A stretch of DNA of 64,000 nucleotides. Source: an uncultured delta proteobacterium (GTDB lineage: Bacteria; Desulfobacterota; Binatia; UBA9968). A program made the position numbers and the translations under genes. Shown here piece by piece: positions 10,460 to 21,174 of the stretch. Under the pieces are notes generated by a model. It saw nothing but the letters and a program-made list of their open reading frames with translations. It did no database searches and was not told the origin of the DNA. The stretch is taken from the NCBI GenBank assembly GCA_963745035.1, contig CAVUVW010000013.1:480001-544000 (forward strand), given 5' to 3'. The stretch's first letter is position 1. Every line of letters starts with the position of its first letter.

Positions 10460-11569
10460 TTAACCAAAGAGCTCCTTCATCTTGTCGAAGAAGCCTTTGG
10501 AAAGGGGGTTCACCTCTTCGCCGCCCAGCGCAGCGAATTCTTTGAGTAGTTCCTTTTGCTTCGGCGTCAGACGCGCCGGAGTTTCGACCGTGACGCGGAC
10601 ATGCTGATCGCCGTGATGGGCGCCGTGAACGTCTTTGATTCCTTTCCCTTTCATGCGGAACAGCTTGCCCGACTGCGTGCCGGCGGGGATTTTCATTTTC
10701 ACTTTGCCATCGAGGGTCGGCACGTCGATCTCCGCGCCCAGAGCCGCCTGGACGAAGCTGATCGGCACGTCGCAGACGATATCGAGTTGATCGCGCAGGA
10801 AAATCGGGTGCGCCTCGACTTGAATGACGACATATAGATCGCCCGGCGCGCCTCCGGCGGGAGCGCTTTCACCTTCGCCGCGAAGCTTCAGCCGCGATCC
10901 GTTGTCAACGCCGGCGGGAATCTTTACGCTCAGCGTGTGCATGGCGCGCACCCGGCCGGCTCCGGCGCAAGTGGGACACGGTTCCTTGATGATCGTGCCT
11001 TGTCCGTGACATTGGTTGCAAGTCCGGGAGACGCTGAAAAATCCCTGTTGAAAACTGACCTGACCGCGCCCGCGGCAAGTTGGGCAAGTCTGCGGCGCGG
11101 TGCCCGGTTTAGCGCCGTTGCCGCGGCACGTTTCACAGGTTCCATGCCTGGGAATCTTTATCTTTTTTTCGACGCCTGAAATCGCTTCCTCAAATTTCAG
11201 GTTCAGGTTATAGCGCAGGTCTTGCCCGCGCCCACGCCGCCGTCCGGTGGAGCCGCCGAAGAACTCGCCGAAAATATCGCTGAAGACGTCTTCGAAGCCC
11301 CCGGAAAAGTCGAACCCGCCACCGGCGAATGGACCTCCGTCACCAAATGCCGCGTGTCCGAACTGATCATATTGCGAGCGCTTCTGAGAGTCGGAGAGCA
11401 CGGAATAGGCCTCCGAGACCTCCTTGAATTTCTCCTCGGCCTGCTTATCTCCGGGATTGCGGTCCGGGTGGTATTGCAAAGCCAGCTTCCGGTAAGCTTT
11501 CTTGATTTCCTCATCGCTCGCGCTTCGACCGATGCCGAGTAATTCGTAATAGTCTTTCTTGGTCGCCAA
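10460..11569 (-). CDS. dnaJ: molecular chaperone DnaJ
   Basis: J-domain HPD, G/F region, four CxxCxGxG repeats; TTG start. Confidence 0.97.
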   Translation of the reverse strand: MATKKDYYELLGIGRSASDEEIKKAYRKLALQYHPDRNPGDKQAEEKFKEVSEAYSVLSDSQKRSQYDQFGHAAFGDGGPFAGGGFDFSGGFEDVFSDIFGEFFGGSTGRRRGRGQDLRYNLNLKFEEAISGVEKKIKIPRHGTCETCRGNGAKPGTAPQTCPTCRGRGQVSFQQGFFSVSRTCNQCHGQGTIIKEPCPTCAGAGRVRAMHTLSVKIPAGVDNGSRLKLRGEGESAPAGGAPGDLYVVIQVEAHPIFLRDQLDIVCDVPISFVQAALGAEIDVPTLDGKVKMKIPAGTQSGKLFRMKGKGIKDVHGAHHGDQHVRVTVETPARLTPKQKELLKEFAALGGEEVNPLSKGFFDKMKELFG

Positions 11570-11608
11570 TCCGCAGTCCTCAAAAGTAACGGCTAATCTT
11601 TACACGAC

Positions 11609-11648
11609 AAAAAAAGCCCCTCTCCTCAGCTGCGGGAGTAGGGGCTTT
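11609..11648 (-). terminator. intrinsic terminator/attenuator between dnaK and dnaJ
   Basis: minus strand AAAGCCCCT-ACTCCCGCAGCTGAGGAG-AGGGGCTTTTTTT: GC stem followed by a U-tract. Confidence 0.75.
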
Positions 11649-11683
11649 GAGTGAAATGGATTTTTACTTTCGCCCCGATCTCG

Positions 11684-13609
11684 CTATTCCTTGACCTCCG
11701 TGAAATCAGCGTCCACCACATCGTCCTTTTTCTTACCGCCCTCCGCGCGTCCGCCGCTTTCACCGTCCCCGGCTCCCTCCTTCTTCTCCGCCGCTTGTTG
11801 CTGCGAGGCTTTGGCGTACATCGCTTCGGCCAATTTGTGCGACGACTGACTCAGTTCTTCCGCCGCTTTGCGCATGGCGTCGGCGTCCTGGCTTTCCATG
11901 ACTTCCTTGGCTTTCTTGAGCGCGCTCTCGATGTTCTCTTTCACGCTGCCTTCCAACTCGGCGCCGTACTCTTTGAGACTTTTTTCCGTCGAGTAGATCA
12001 AGCTGTCGAGCTGGTTGCGCGCCTCCACGGTGTCTTTGCGCTTGCGGTCGTCGGCCGCGTGCGCCGCGGCATCGCCCACCATCTTTTTGATCTCTTCTTC
12101 GCTGAGGCCGCTGGAAGCCGTGATCTTGATCGACTGTTCCTTGCCGGTGCCGAGGTCCTTGGCCGCGACGTGGACGATACCGTTGGCGTCGATGTCGAAG
12201 GTCACTTCGATTTGCGGCATACCGCGCGGCGCCATGGGAATGCCGACGAGATCGAACTGGCCGAGGAGTTTATTGTCGACCGCCATTTCCCGCTCACCCT
12301 GGAACACGCGGATGGAAACCGCCGACTGATTATCTTGCGCTGTCGAGAAAGTCTGGCTTTTTTTCGTCGGGATCGTGGTATTGCGCTCGATCAACTTGGT
12401 AAAGACGCCGCCGAGAGTTTCAATGCCAAGCGAAAGCGGCGTAACATCCAAAAGCAGCACGTCTTTCACTTCGCCCGTCAGCACCGCGCCTTGAATGGCC
12501 GCGCCCACCGCGACGACTTCGTCAGGATTTACGCCCTTGTGCGGATCCTTGCCAAAAATCTTTTTCACGCGCTCCTGAACCGCCGGCATGCGTGTCATGC
12601 CGCCGACCAGGATGACTTCGTGGATGTCGCTGGCGCTCAGTCCCGCATCTTTCATCGCTTGACGGCACGGGCCTTCCATGCGGTCGATCAGGTCGGCGCA
12701 AAGCGCTTCAAGCTTCGAGCGCGTGAGCTTCATGTTGAGATGCTTTGGCCCTTGCTGGTCGGCGGTAATGAAAGGAAGATTGATGTCGGTCTCCATCGAG
12801 GACGAAAGCTCGCACTTAGCCTTCTCCGCCGCCTCCTTAAGACGCTGTAGCGCCATGCGATCTTTGCGCAGATCGATGCCCTGGTCTTTTTTGAACTCAT
12901 CGGCCAGATAGTCGATGACGCGCTGGTCGAAATCTTCGCCGCCGAGGAAAGTGTCGCCGTTGGTCGCCTTGACTTCGAAGACGCCGTCCCCCAACTCCAA
13001 GATGGAAATATCGAAGGTGCCGCCGCCCAAGTCGAAAACCGCGATCTTTTCATCTTTCTTTTTGTCGAGGCCGTAGGCGAGCGAGGCGGCGGTGGGCTCG
13101 TTAATTATCCGCAAAACATTCAGGCCGGCGATGCGCCCGGCGTCTTTGGTCGCCTGCCGCTGACTGTCGTTAAAGTAAGCGGGCACCGTGATGACGGCTT
13201 CGGTGACTTTTTCACCCAGATAATCTTCGGCGGACTGTTTCATTTTTTGCAAAATGAAAGCCGAGATTTCGGCCGGGCTGTAGCTCTTGCCGCGGCTTTC
13301 CACCCAGGCATCGCCGTTGTCGTTGCGCACAATTTTATAAGGAAGAAGACTTGCCGCCTTTTGCACCATCGGATCGTCACTACGTCGCCCGATCAGGCGC
13401 TTTACGGCAGAAATTGTATTTTCTGGATTGGTGATCGCCTGGCGCCGAGCGATTTGTCCTACCAGCCGTTCGCCGCTCTCGGCAAAGGCAACGACGGAGG
13501 GAGTTGTGCGGCTGCCTTCGGCATTGGCCAGAACGTTCGGGTCGCCACTCTCCATAATCGCCACACAAGAGTTAGTCGTCCCCAAATCTATTCCAATAAC
13601 TTTTGCCAT
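11684..13609 (-). CDS. dnaK: molecular chaperone DnaK
   Basis: [26 protein letters not shown]-terminal DADFTEV. Confidence 0.98.
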   Translation of the reverse strand: MAKVIGIDLGTTNSCVAIMESGDPNVLANAEGSRTTPSVVAFAESGERLVGQIARRQAITNPENTISAVKRLIGRRSDDPMVQKAASLLPYKIVRNDNGDAWVESRGKSYSPAEISAFILQKMKQSAEDYLGEKVTEAVITVPAYFNDSQRQATKDAGRIAGLNVLRIINEPTAASLAYGLDKKKDEKIAVFDLGGGTFDISILELGDGVFEVKATNGDTFLGGEDFDQRVIDYLADEFKKDQGIDLRKDRMALQRLKEAAEKAKCELSSSMETDINLPFITADQQGPKHLNMKLTRSKLEALCADLIDRMEGPCRQAMKDAGLSASDIHEVILVGGMTRMPAVQERVKKIFGKDPHKGVNPDEVVAVGAAIQGAVLTGEVKDVLLLDVTPLSLGIETLGGVFTKLIERNTTIPTKKSQTFSTAQDNQSAVSIRVFQGEREMAVDNKLLGQFDLVGIPMAPRGMPQIEVTFDIDANGIVHVAAKDLGTGKEQSIKITASSGLSEEEIKKMVGDAAAHAADDRKRKDTVEARNQLDSLIYSTEKSLKEYGAELEGSVKENIESALKKAKEVMESQDADAMRKAAEELSQSSHKLAEAMYAKASQQQAAEKKEGAGDGESGGRAEGGKKKDDVVDADFTEVKE

Positions 13610-13694
13610 CTCAAAGACTCCTCAAAATCAAAAAATCAAACCAGTTTAAACTTCGATTAAACTTAACAATAATGATAATAAGAATGAACGGTAT

Positions 13695-14279
13695 TTAATC
13701 ATCGCTTGGGTCGTTTTCAACCTCGCCTTCGGCGTTTTTTTTCTGTTGTGTTTCTAATCCTTTAGCTACACTTACCAAAGCCGGCCGGAGGAGTCGGTCG
13801 CGGAGCATGTACCCTTTGTGGAGCTCTTCTACAACTGAGTTAGGTTCATGGACATCGCTTTCGACCTGAGCTATCGCTTCGTGCTTGGCAGGGTCGAACG
13901 GCTGCCCGAGCGCCGAAACCTGAGTTACACCGTGCTTGGCTAGGACGTCGACTAGGCCCTTTAAAACCATTTCCACGCCTTCAACGATCGGCTTCCCGTT
14001 GCCTCCACCCGAAGCATGGGCGACGGCGCGTTCGAGATTGTCGACCACCGAGAGAAGATCTTTGATCAAAGCTTCGTTGGCGAACCGAGAAACCTCTTCC
14101 CGTTCGCGGGCGCTTCGTCTCTTTAAGTTTTCCAGTTCGGCTACTTGGCGCAAGAAGCGATCATAGTTTTGTTTTGCCTCCAACTCCTTGGCGGCAACTT
14201 CCTGACGCAGGGTTTCCATCTCCGAGTCGCCGGATGTGACATTTTCACTCGGCGCCGTTTCCGCGGCTTGCTCATCCAT
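13695..14279 (-). CDS. grpE: nucleotide exchange factor GrpE
   Basis: AELEN..RR, DNLERA, FDP..HEA, KGY.L.DRLLRPA.V.V. A strong RBS at ~14335 suggests the true start is slightly upstream, across a probable indel. Confidence 0.93.
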   Translation of the reverse strand: MDEQAAETAPSENVTSGDSEMETLRQEVAAKELEAKQNYDRFLRQVAELENLKRRSAREREEVSRFANEALIKDLLSVVDNLERAVAHASGGGNGKPIVEGVEMVLKGLVDVLAKHGVTQVSALGQPFDPAKHEAIAQVESDVHEPNSVVEELHKGYMLRDRLLRPALVSVAKGLETQQKKNAEGEVENDPSDD

Positions 14280-14357
14280 CTTGGCTTCGTCAGGCTTCTA
14301 TTTCTTTCGTATCCTGCGTCATATTTCATTGCTTCTCCTCAACTGTGATTGCTCGAA

Positions 14358-14386
14358 ACGCTAACCACGAAGGATTCGGGTGTCAA
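14358..14386 (-). promoter_or_regulatory. putative sigma70-type promoter for grpE-dnaK-dnaJ
   Basis: minus strand TTGACA-17 nt-TAGCGT upstream of the GAGGAG RBS. Confidence 0.55.
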
Positions 14387-14479
14387 GTTGCGCCCCATAA
14401 AATTCCTTAGATTTTTTCTATAGTTGTCTCATTTCCGAAAAAGTGCTAAAAGTTTCTTAGCAGATCAGCAAAGGTCCAA

Positions 14480-15244
14480 ATGCGTCTTAGTCTGGTAAGT
14501 CCCGCCATCGTGCTGCGCACGCGCCCTTTCGGTGAATCTGACAAAATCGTTTCCTTTTTGACCGAGAATCATGGAAAGTTTACCGGTATCGCCAAAGGCG
14601 CTTTCCGGTCGCGCAAACGCTTTGTAAATTCCTTGGAGCCGTTCTCGCTGGTCAATTTGTCCTTCCAAGATCGCGCCCATAACAATCTGTCGTTTCTCTT
14701 GGCGGCCGACTTGATCCAGGGGCCCGGCGCCCTGATGACCGACCTCGAGCGCATCGCCCACGCATCTTATTTGGTCGAGATCACGGATGGTCTGATTGGC
14801 GAACGGGAGGAGAATCGAGCGGTCTTCGAGCACTTACAAGGCGGTCTTCGTCACTTGGAGCAGAACGGCGCATCGCTGCGCTTTCTCACGAGCTTCGAGC
14901 TCAAGCTGTTGCGCTTGACGGGCTATCAACCCGCTTTGGACAATTGTAAAAAATGCCGGCGACGCTGGCCTGATGGATCATCTCAGTGGTATTTTAGTCT
15001 CTTGGACGGCGGCTTAGTCTGTGATTCTTGTTCGCGCTCATGCAGAGAGCTGCTGCCGCTTGGTAGAACCGCCGTGGAGATCTTGGCCGCGCTGCAAGCG
15101 GAAGAGGCCAGTTTGCCTGGCCGTGTGTCGCTCCCAGCCACGGTGATCGCGGAAATGCGCGCCGCGCTGTCGCGGTTCATTCAGTATCATATGGGCCGGG
15201 AAATCAAATCCGCACCCTTCCTCCCTCCGTTCTCTTCAGCATAA
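14480..15244 (+). CDS. recO: DNA repair protein RecO
   Basis: AIVLR...GESDKIV.FLT...GK...AKGA..S.KRF...LEPF, FELKLL...GY.P, CxxC...CxxC zinc finger. Confidence 0.93.
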   Translation: MRLSLVSPAIVLRTRPFGESDKIVSFLTENHGKFTGIAKGAFRSRKRFVNSLEPFSLVNLSFQDRAHNNLSFLLAADLIQGPGALMTDLERIAHASYLVEITDGLIGEREENRAVFEHLQGGLRHLEQNGASLRFLTSFELKLLRLTGYQPALDNCKKCRRRWPDGSSQWYFSLLDGGLVCDSCSRSCRELLPLGRTAVEILAALQAEEASLPGRVSLPATVIAEMRAALSRFIQYHMGREIKSAPFLPPFSSA

Positions 15245-15313
15245 TCTCGCATTGACAATCTTTCGTGCCGTGAGGCGGCGAAAGTAATCCGACGGCAACG
15301 AGGAGAAAGAACC

Positions 15314-18031
15314 ATGCCCGACAAGAAAAAATTCGTGTATTCCTTTGGCAACGGCAAGGCCGACGGCCATGCCCGGATGCGTGAGCTTCTCGGCGGAAAA
15401 GGAGCCGGCTTGCATGAAATGACCCGCATCGGCATTCCGGTTCCGCCCGGCTTTACGATCACCACCGAGGTTTGCAGATACTATTACGACCACGACCGCC
15501 GCTACCCGAAGGAGCTGGGCGCCCGTGTCGAGGCCGGACTCGGGCGCATGGAAAAAATTCTCGGCCGGCGCTTTGGCGACGCCGCCAATCCGCTTCTGGT
15601 TTCGGTCCGTTCAGGGGCGCGCGAATCCATGCCGGGAATGATGGACACGGTGCTCAATTTGGGCCTCAACGATCGAACGGTACAGGGTTTGATCGAGCGC
15701 ACGCGCAATCCGCGCTTCGCTTTCGACGCCTACAGGCGCTTCATTCAAATGTACGCGGATGTGGTGCTGGGCATCAAGCAGCACGCCGGCGCGGATCCGC
15801 TCGAAGCGATCCTCGAACAGAAAAAAAAGTCGCGCGGGGCGCGGTTCGACACCGATCTCGAAGCCCAGGACCTGGAAGCGTTGGTGAAAGAGTACAAAGC
15901 CGAGATCAAGTCGAGCTTGCGCAAAGAGTTTCCCGAGGAACCGTTCGAGCAGCTCTGGGGTGCCATCGGGGCGGTGTTTGGCTCGTGGAACAACGATCGC
16001 GCGATCGCGTATCGCGAGCTTTACCAAATCCCGGACTGGTGGGGCACTGCCGTCAACGTGCAGGCGATGGTGTTCGGCAATCTCGGCGACGACTGCGCCA
16101 CGGGGGTGGCCTTCACGCGCGATCCCTCGACGGGCGACAAGCGATTTTACGGCGAGTTTCTGATCAACGCGCAAGGCGAGGATGTCGTCGCAGGCATTCG
16201 CACGCCCAAGCCGATCGCCGAGTTGAGGCAAGTTTTGCCGAAAGCGTCGGCCGAGCTGCGCCGCGTGTGCACGTCGCTCGAAAAGCATTATCGCGACATG
16301 CAGGACATCGAGTTCACCATTGAAAACGGCAGGCTCTGGATGCTGCAAACGCGCGCCGGCAAGCGCACCGGCTTTGCCGCCGTGCGGCTCGCAGTGGATA
16401 TGGTCGAAGAAAAGATCATCGACAGGAAAGAGGCCTTGCGGCGTATCGAGCCCGATCAGCTCAATCAATTGTTGCGGCCGATCTTCGATCAAAAGGGCAA
16501 AGAGAAAGCGCACAAAGCCGGAGGCCTCCTTGGCAAAGGCTTGCCTGCCGGGCCGGGAGCGGCCACCGGTCGAGTGGTTTTTCAGGCCGAGGATGCGGTC
16601 GAATGGAAAAAACGCGGGGAGCGCGTGATTTTGTGCCGGATCGAAACCAGCCCCGACGACATCCGCGGCATGGACGCGGCGCAGGGAATTCTCACCGCCC
16701 GCGGCGGCATGACCTCCCATGCCGCGCTGGTCGCGCGCCAGATGGGCAAAGTTTGCGTCGCCGGCTGCGAGGCCTTGCACCTTGACTACGGGGCGCGAAT
16801 CCTGCGGGTCGACGAGCGCGCGCTCAAGGAAGGCGATTGGATTTCTATCGACGGTAGCACCGGCGAAGTTTTCCAAGGCGAAATTCAGACTTTGCCGTCC
16901 GAGGTTCTTCAGGTTCTTATGGCCGGCTCTCTGGAGGCAAAAAAATCCCGTATCTATCAGCAATTCGCCAAGCTGATGAAATGGGCCGACGAGGTGCGCA
17001 CCTTCGGCGTGAGAACCAACGCCGACCAACCCGACCAAGCCGCTATCGCCAAAGCGTTCGGTAGCGAGGGAATCGGTCTTTGCCGGACCGAGCATATGTT
17101 TTTTCAGAGCGATCGCATCCAAGCGGTGCGTGAGATGATCCTTGCCGACGATGAAGCGGGTCGGCGCCGCGCGCTCGCCAAGCTCCTGCCGATGCAAAAA
17201 GAAGATTTCAAGGATATTTTGCGGATCATGGGGGGCTTGCCGGTGACGATTCGAACGCTGGACCCGCCGCTTCATGAGTTTCTGCCGAAGCATGACGAGG
17301 AAATCATCGAGCTCGCGCAGGTCATGAGTGTGCCCGTCGAGGTGCTGCGCGATAAAGTCAATGTGTTGCAGGAGTTCAATCCCATGCTCGGCCACCGGGG
17401 CTGCCGCCTGGGAATTTCCTATCCGGAAATTACCGAAATGCAGGCGCAGGCGATCTTCGAAGCGGCTTGCGAGCTGCGCCGCGAAGGCAAAAACCCGTTT
17501 CCCGAGATTATGATTCCGCTGGTGGGCTCGCGCCAGGAGTTGCGCGAGCAAAAAAACATCGTGGAGCGTGTCGCCCATGCCACGCAAAAATCCTACGGCG
17601 TCAAAGTGCACTATCTGATCGGCACGATGATCGAACTGCCGCGCGCCTGTATGGTCGCAGACGAGATCGCCGACGAGGCCGAATTCTTTTCCTTCGGGAC
17701 CAATGATCTGACGCAAACGTGCCTGGGATTGTCGCGCGACGATGCCGGGAAATTCCTGCCAACTTACGTCGTAAACGGGCTGTTACCTCAGGACCCCTTC
17801 GTTAGCATCGATCGTGAAGGCGTCGGCGCGCTCATGCGCATCGCCGTCGCCAAAGGTCGTAGAAGACGCAAGAATCTCGAAATAGGCATTTGCGGCGAGC
17901 ACGGCGGTGATCCGAAATCGGTGGCGTTTTGTCATGAAATCGGTCTGAGTTACGTAAGTTGTTCACCCTATCGGGTGGCCATTGCAAAACTCGCCGCAGC
18001 TCAAGCGGCTCTGTCAAGAAAGAAAAATTAG
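15314..18031 (+). CDS. ppdK: pyruvate, phosphate dikinase
   Basis: [21 protein letters not shown] phospho-His motif, [26 protein letters not shown]. Confidence 0.97.
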   Translation: MPDKKKFVYSFGNGKADGHARMRELLGGKGAGLHEMTRIGIPVPPGFTITTEVCRYYYDHDRRYPKELGARVEAGLGRMEKILGRRFGDAANPLLVSVRSGARESMPGMMDTVLNLGLNDRTVQGLIERTRNPRFAFDAYRRFIQMYADVVLGIKQHAGADPLEAILEQKKKSRGARFDTDLEAQDLEALVKEYKAEIKSSLRKEFPEEPFEQLWGAIGAVFGSWNNDRAIAYRELYQIPDWWGTAVNVQAMVFGNLGDDCATGVAFTRDPSTGDKRFYGEFLINAQGEDVVAGIRTPKPIAELRQVLPKASAELRRVCTSLEKHYRDMQDIEFTIENGRLWMLQTRAGKRTGFAAVRLAVDMVEEKIIDRKEALRRIEPDQLNQLLRPIFDQKGKEKAHKAGGLLGKGLPAGPGAATGRVVFQAEDAVEWKKRGERVILCRIETSPDDIRGMDAAQGILTARGGMTSHAALVARQMGKVCVAGCEALHLDYGARILRVDERALKEGDWISIDGSTGEVFQGEIQTLPSEVLQVLMAGSLEAKKSRIYQQFAKLMKWADEVRTFGVRTNADQPDQAAIAKAFGSEGIGLCRTEHMFFQSDRIQAVREMILADDEAGRRRALAKLLPMQKEDFKDILRIMGGLPVTIRTLDPPLHEFLPKHDEEIIELAQVMSVPVEVLRDKVNVLQEFNPMLGHRGCRLGISYPEITEMQAQAIFEAACELRREGKNPFPEIMIPLVGSRQELREQKNIVERVAHATQKSYGVKVHYLIGTMIELPRACMVADEIADEAEFFSFGTNDLTQTCLGLSRDDAGKFLPTYVVNGLLPQDPFVSIDREGVGALMRIAVAKGRRRRKNLEIGICGEHGGDPKSVAFCHEIGLSYVSCSPYRVAIAKLAAAQAALSRKKN

Positions 18032-18097
18032 CTAGAGTTTTAGGTAAGTTACAGAAATAAACCTCCGTTCTCTTTTCGTGAAACCTCCGACATTTTG

Positions 18098-18126
18098 TTG
18101 ACAGGTTATTGCCGATCTACGATAAT
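18098..18126 (+). promoter_or_regulatory. putative sigma70 promoter of pilB
   Basis: TTGACA-17 nt-GATAAT, ending 21 nt before the ATG at 18148. Confidence 0.6.
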
Positions 18127-18147
18127 TTAGTCCTTTCGCAGAAAAGC

Positions 18148-19875
18148 ATGGAACCACGTTTTGCCGAACTCCTAGTTAGAGGGGGGTTGGTTTCCCGCGA
18201 TCAACTGTCCGAAGCACAGAAAAGAGAACGGGAAAACGGCTCCAGTGTCGCCCGAGAAATCGTCCGCTTGGGCTACACCAATGAAGAAACTTTAACCCAG
18301 TTCCTCGGCAAACAATTCGGCATCGAATTGCTCGAGCTTGTCCCCGGCGAGATCGACGACGGCGTCTTCAGCGTGGTGCCGCCCCACATCGTCCAAAAAC
18401 ACCAGCTAATTCCGTTCAAGCTCGCAGGCTCGACTTTGACGGTAGCCATGTCCGATCCCACGGACTTGGTTGCGATCAATGAAGTCAAGTTCGTCACCGG
18501 ATACGGCGTGCGCGTCGTATTGGCGACGCCCTCCAATATTAAAAAGACCCTGGATCATCGGTTCGGCGGCGTCAGCTATGACGACGTGCTGAAAAAGTTC
18601 GGCGACGGCGAGATGGAGGTTGTCCAGGAGAGCGACGACGTCAATCTTCAAGAGTTGCAACAGGCTACGATGGATGCGCCGGTGGTGACGCTGGTGAACG
18701 CCATTTTGTCCGATGCCGCCAAGCGTCGCTGCAGCGATATCCACATCGAGCCGTACGAGAAGATCTTTCGCGTGCGGTTTCGCGTGGACGGAGTGCTCCA
18801 GGAAATCATGAGCCCGCCCTTGCGGCTTAAAAATGCCCTCGTCTCGCGCCTCAAAGTGATGGCGGGTTTGGATATCGCGGAGCGCCGCCTGACCCAGGAC
18901 GGTCGCATCAAGCTCAAGATGGGCGTGGGCGGCGAGCTCGACATTCGCGTTTCCATCCTGCCCACCCTGTTCGGCGAAAAGGTCGTGATGCGTCTGCTGG
19001 ACAAGTCTAATTTGCAGCTCGACATGGCAAAGCTCGGCTTCGATGCGCAAAACCTGAAGGATTTTCAAGAGGCGATTCACAAGCCGTACGGCATGATTCT
19101 GATCACCGGCCCGACCGGCAGCGGCAAGTCCACCACGCTGTATTCCGCTCTTTCCGAGCTCAACAAGGCGGATGTGAATATTTCTACGGCGGAAGATCCA
19201 GTCGAGTACAATTTGGTGGGCATCAACCAGGTGCAGGTTCGCGAGCAGATCGGGCTCAACTTTGCCGCCTGTCTGCGCTCGTTTCTGCGTCAGGACCCGG
19301 ACATCATCATGGTGGGCGAAATCCGCGACTTGGAAACCGCTCAGATTGCCATCAAAGCGGCGCTCACCGGTCATCTTGTCCTCAGTACTCTTCATACCAA
19401 TGACTGCCCGGCGACGGTGGACCGCCTCCTCAATATGGGAGCGGAGCCGTTTCTTTTGACGTCATCGATTAATTTGATTCTCGCCCAGCGGCTGGTGCGG
19501 CGAATCTGCGAGCAGTGCAAGGAGCCGATCGAAATCAAATCCGAAGTATTGATCACTCTAGGCGTGGACTCGGCCGAAGCCAGCGGCGGTTTTCCGGCGT
19601 TCCACGGCCGCGGCTGCGGCAACTGCGCCAACACCGGCTACCGCGGACGTCTGGCGGTCTACGAAGTCATGGTGATGCACGAAATGATCAAAGAATTGAT
19701 TCTAAAAGGCGCCTCGGCGATGGAGCTCAAGAGGGAAGCGGTCAAGCTTGGCATGAGCACGCTGCGCATGAGCGCCTTACAAAAAGTTCGCCAGGGACTT
19801 ACGACCGTCGATGAAACCATTCGCGTCACCGATACCGACAAAGGCTTCGGCTCGGTGTTCTCGCTCGGATTCTAA
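18148..19875 (+). CDS. pilB: type IVa pilus assembly ATPase PilB
   Basis: N-terminal MshEN-like segment, SDIHIEP, GPTGSGKST, LRQDPD, TGHLVLSTLHTND, Cys tetrad. Confidence 0.93.
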   Translation: MEPRFAELLVRGGLVSRDQLSEAQKRERENGSSVAREIVRLGYTNEETLTQFLGKQFGIELLELVPGEIDDGVFSVVPPHIVQKHQLIPFKLAGSTLTVAMSDPTDLVAINEVKFVTGYGVRVVLATPSNIKKTLDHRFGGVSYDDVLKKFGDGEMEVVQESDDVNLQELQQATMDAPVVTLVNAILSDAAKRRCSDIHIEPYEKIFRVRFRVDGVLQEIMSPPLRLKNALVSRLKVMAGLDIAERRLTQDGRIKLKMGVGGELDIRVSILPTLFGEKVVMRLLDKSNLQLDMAKLGFDAQNLKDFQEAIHKPYGMILITGPTGSGKSTTLYSALSELNKADVNISTAEDPVEYNLVGINQVQVREQIGLNFAACLRSFLRQDPDIIMVGEIRDLETAQIAIKAALTGHLVLSTLHTNDCPATVDRLLNMGAEPFLLTSSINLILAQRLVRRICEQCKEPIEIKSEVLITLGVDSAEASGGFPAFHGRGCGNCANTGYRGRLAVYEVMVMHEMIKELILKGASAMELKREAVKLGMSTLRMSALQKVRQGLTTVDETIRVTDTDKGFGSVFSLGF

Positions 19876-19947
19876 GCGGCGGGTGGCGATTCAGCGCAGC
19901 CTAGCCAAGACGGTGGCCTCAGGTCGAGAAACAGAGCGGATATAGAT

Positions 19948-21174
19948 ATGGCAATATTTGTTTGGGAAGGAAGAACCGCCCAAGGAAGACTGGTCAAGGG
20001 CGACAATCTGGAAGCGCCGGATTTGGAAGCCGCGCTGACGCGCTTGCGCGAGCAGAGGATCCGCCCGATCGCGAGTCGGGTGCGGGAGAAAGGGAAAGGA
20101 TTAGAAAGAGAGCTCTCGATACCGGGCTTCGGCGACAAGGTTACGACGAAGGACATCTCGCTCGCTACGCGCCAGCTGGCGACCATGATCGACGCCGGGC
20201 TGCCGATCGTTCAATGCCTGGATATTCTTGCCCAGCAATCCGAGAGTAAGCTGCTTTGCAAGACCGTGAGCACGGTCAAAAAGGACGTCGAAGGAGGCAG
20301 CACCCTGGCGGACGCGCTGCGCAAACATCCGAAGATTTTTGACGACCTGTACGTGAATATGGTCGAGGCCGGCGAGGCCGGCGGTATTCTCAACACCATT
20401 CTCAATCGCATCGCCCTGTTCATCGAAAAGGCCAATCGCCTGAAGAAAAAAGTCAAAGGCGCGATGATCTATCCCTGCGCCATCGTCTGCGTGGCGGTCA
20501 TTGTCGTCGCCGTTTTGATGATCTTCGTCATTCCCGTATTCGCCGAGCTCTACGGCGGCATGGGCAAAGAGCTGCCGCTGCCGACGCAGATCTGTATCAA
20601 TATCAGCAACTGGTTCGTCGCTTATTGGTACGTTCTGGTTGCCGCTCTGACAGGGGTATTCATGGGAATTTCTTTTTACTACAAAACCCCCCACGGGCGC
20701 ATGAATATCGACCGACTGATGCTGCGCATGCCAATCATCGGCGATCTCTTGAGAAAAGTCGCCGTTGCCCGTTTTTCCCAGAACATGTCGCTGCTGCTGA
20801 GCTCGGGCGTGCCGATCTTGGATGGATTGGCGATCACCGGAAAAACCGCGGGCAACAAGGTCGTCGAGAAGGCGATTTTGGAGAGCCGCATCAGCATCAG
20901 CCAGGGGAAAACCGTCGCGGAGCCGTTGCGTGACAGCAAGATTTTTCCGCCTCTGGTCTGTCAGATGGTCGCGGTGGGGGAAAGCACCGGCGGCCTCGAT
21001 ACCATGCTCAAAAAAGTCGCCGAGTTGTACGAGGAAGAAGTAGATGACGCGGTGGCGAATCTTACCGCGATGATGGAGCCCATGATCATGGTTGTTTTGG
21101 GTGTTATCCTCGGCGGCCTGGTGATCGCCATGTATCTCCCGATCTTCCAGATGGGATCGTTGGTGGGCGGGTGA
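19948..21174 (+). CDS. pilC: type IV pilus platform protein PilC (T2SSF family)
   Basis: RQLATMIDAGLP, GEAGG.L, AMIYP, GE.TG.LD.ML, AMYLPIF. Confidence 0.93.
   Translation: MAIFVWEGRTAQGRLVKGDNLEAPDLEAALTRLREQRIRPIASRVREKGKGLERELSIPGFGDKVTTKDISLATRQLATMIDAGLPIVQCLDILAQQSESKLLCKTVSTVKKDVEGGSTLADALRKHPKIFDDLYVNMVEAGEAGGILNTILNRIALFIEKANRLKKKVKGAMIYPCAIVCVAVIVVAVLMIFVIPVFAELYGGMGKELPLPTQICINISNWFVAYWYVLVAALTGVFMGISFYYKTPHGRMNIDRLMLRMPIIGDLLRKVAVARFSQNMSLLLSSGVPILDGLAITGKTAGNKVVEKAILESRISISQGKTVAEPLRDSKIFPPLVCQMVAVGESTGGLDTMLKKVAELYEEEVDDAVANLTAMMEPMIMVVLGVILGGLVIAMYLPIFQMGSLVGG

Noticed and set aside
11651-12850. 399-aa plus-strand ORF antisense to dnaK
   Set aside because: Well-known antisense shadow of dnaK in GC-rich genomes; no independent motifs
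14423-14449. Possible CIRCE element upstream of grpE
   Set aside because: Only one half-site (TTAGCACTT on the minus strand); the second arm does not match and hrcA is not adjacent
15611-17716. 701-aa minus-strand ORF antisense to ppdK (likewise 7913-9019 opposite lon and 18406-19395 opposite pilB)
   Set aside because: Codon-bias shadow ORFs fully overlapping conserved genes
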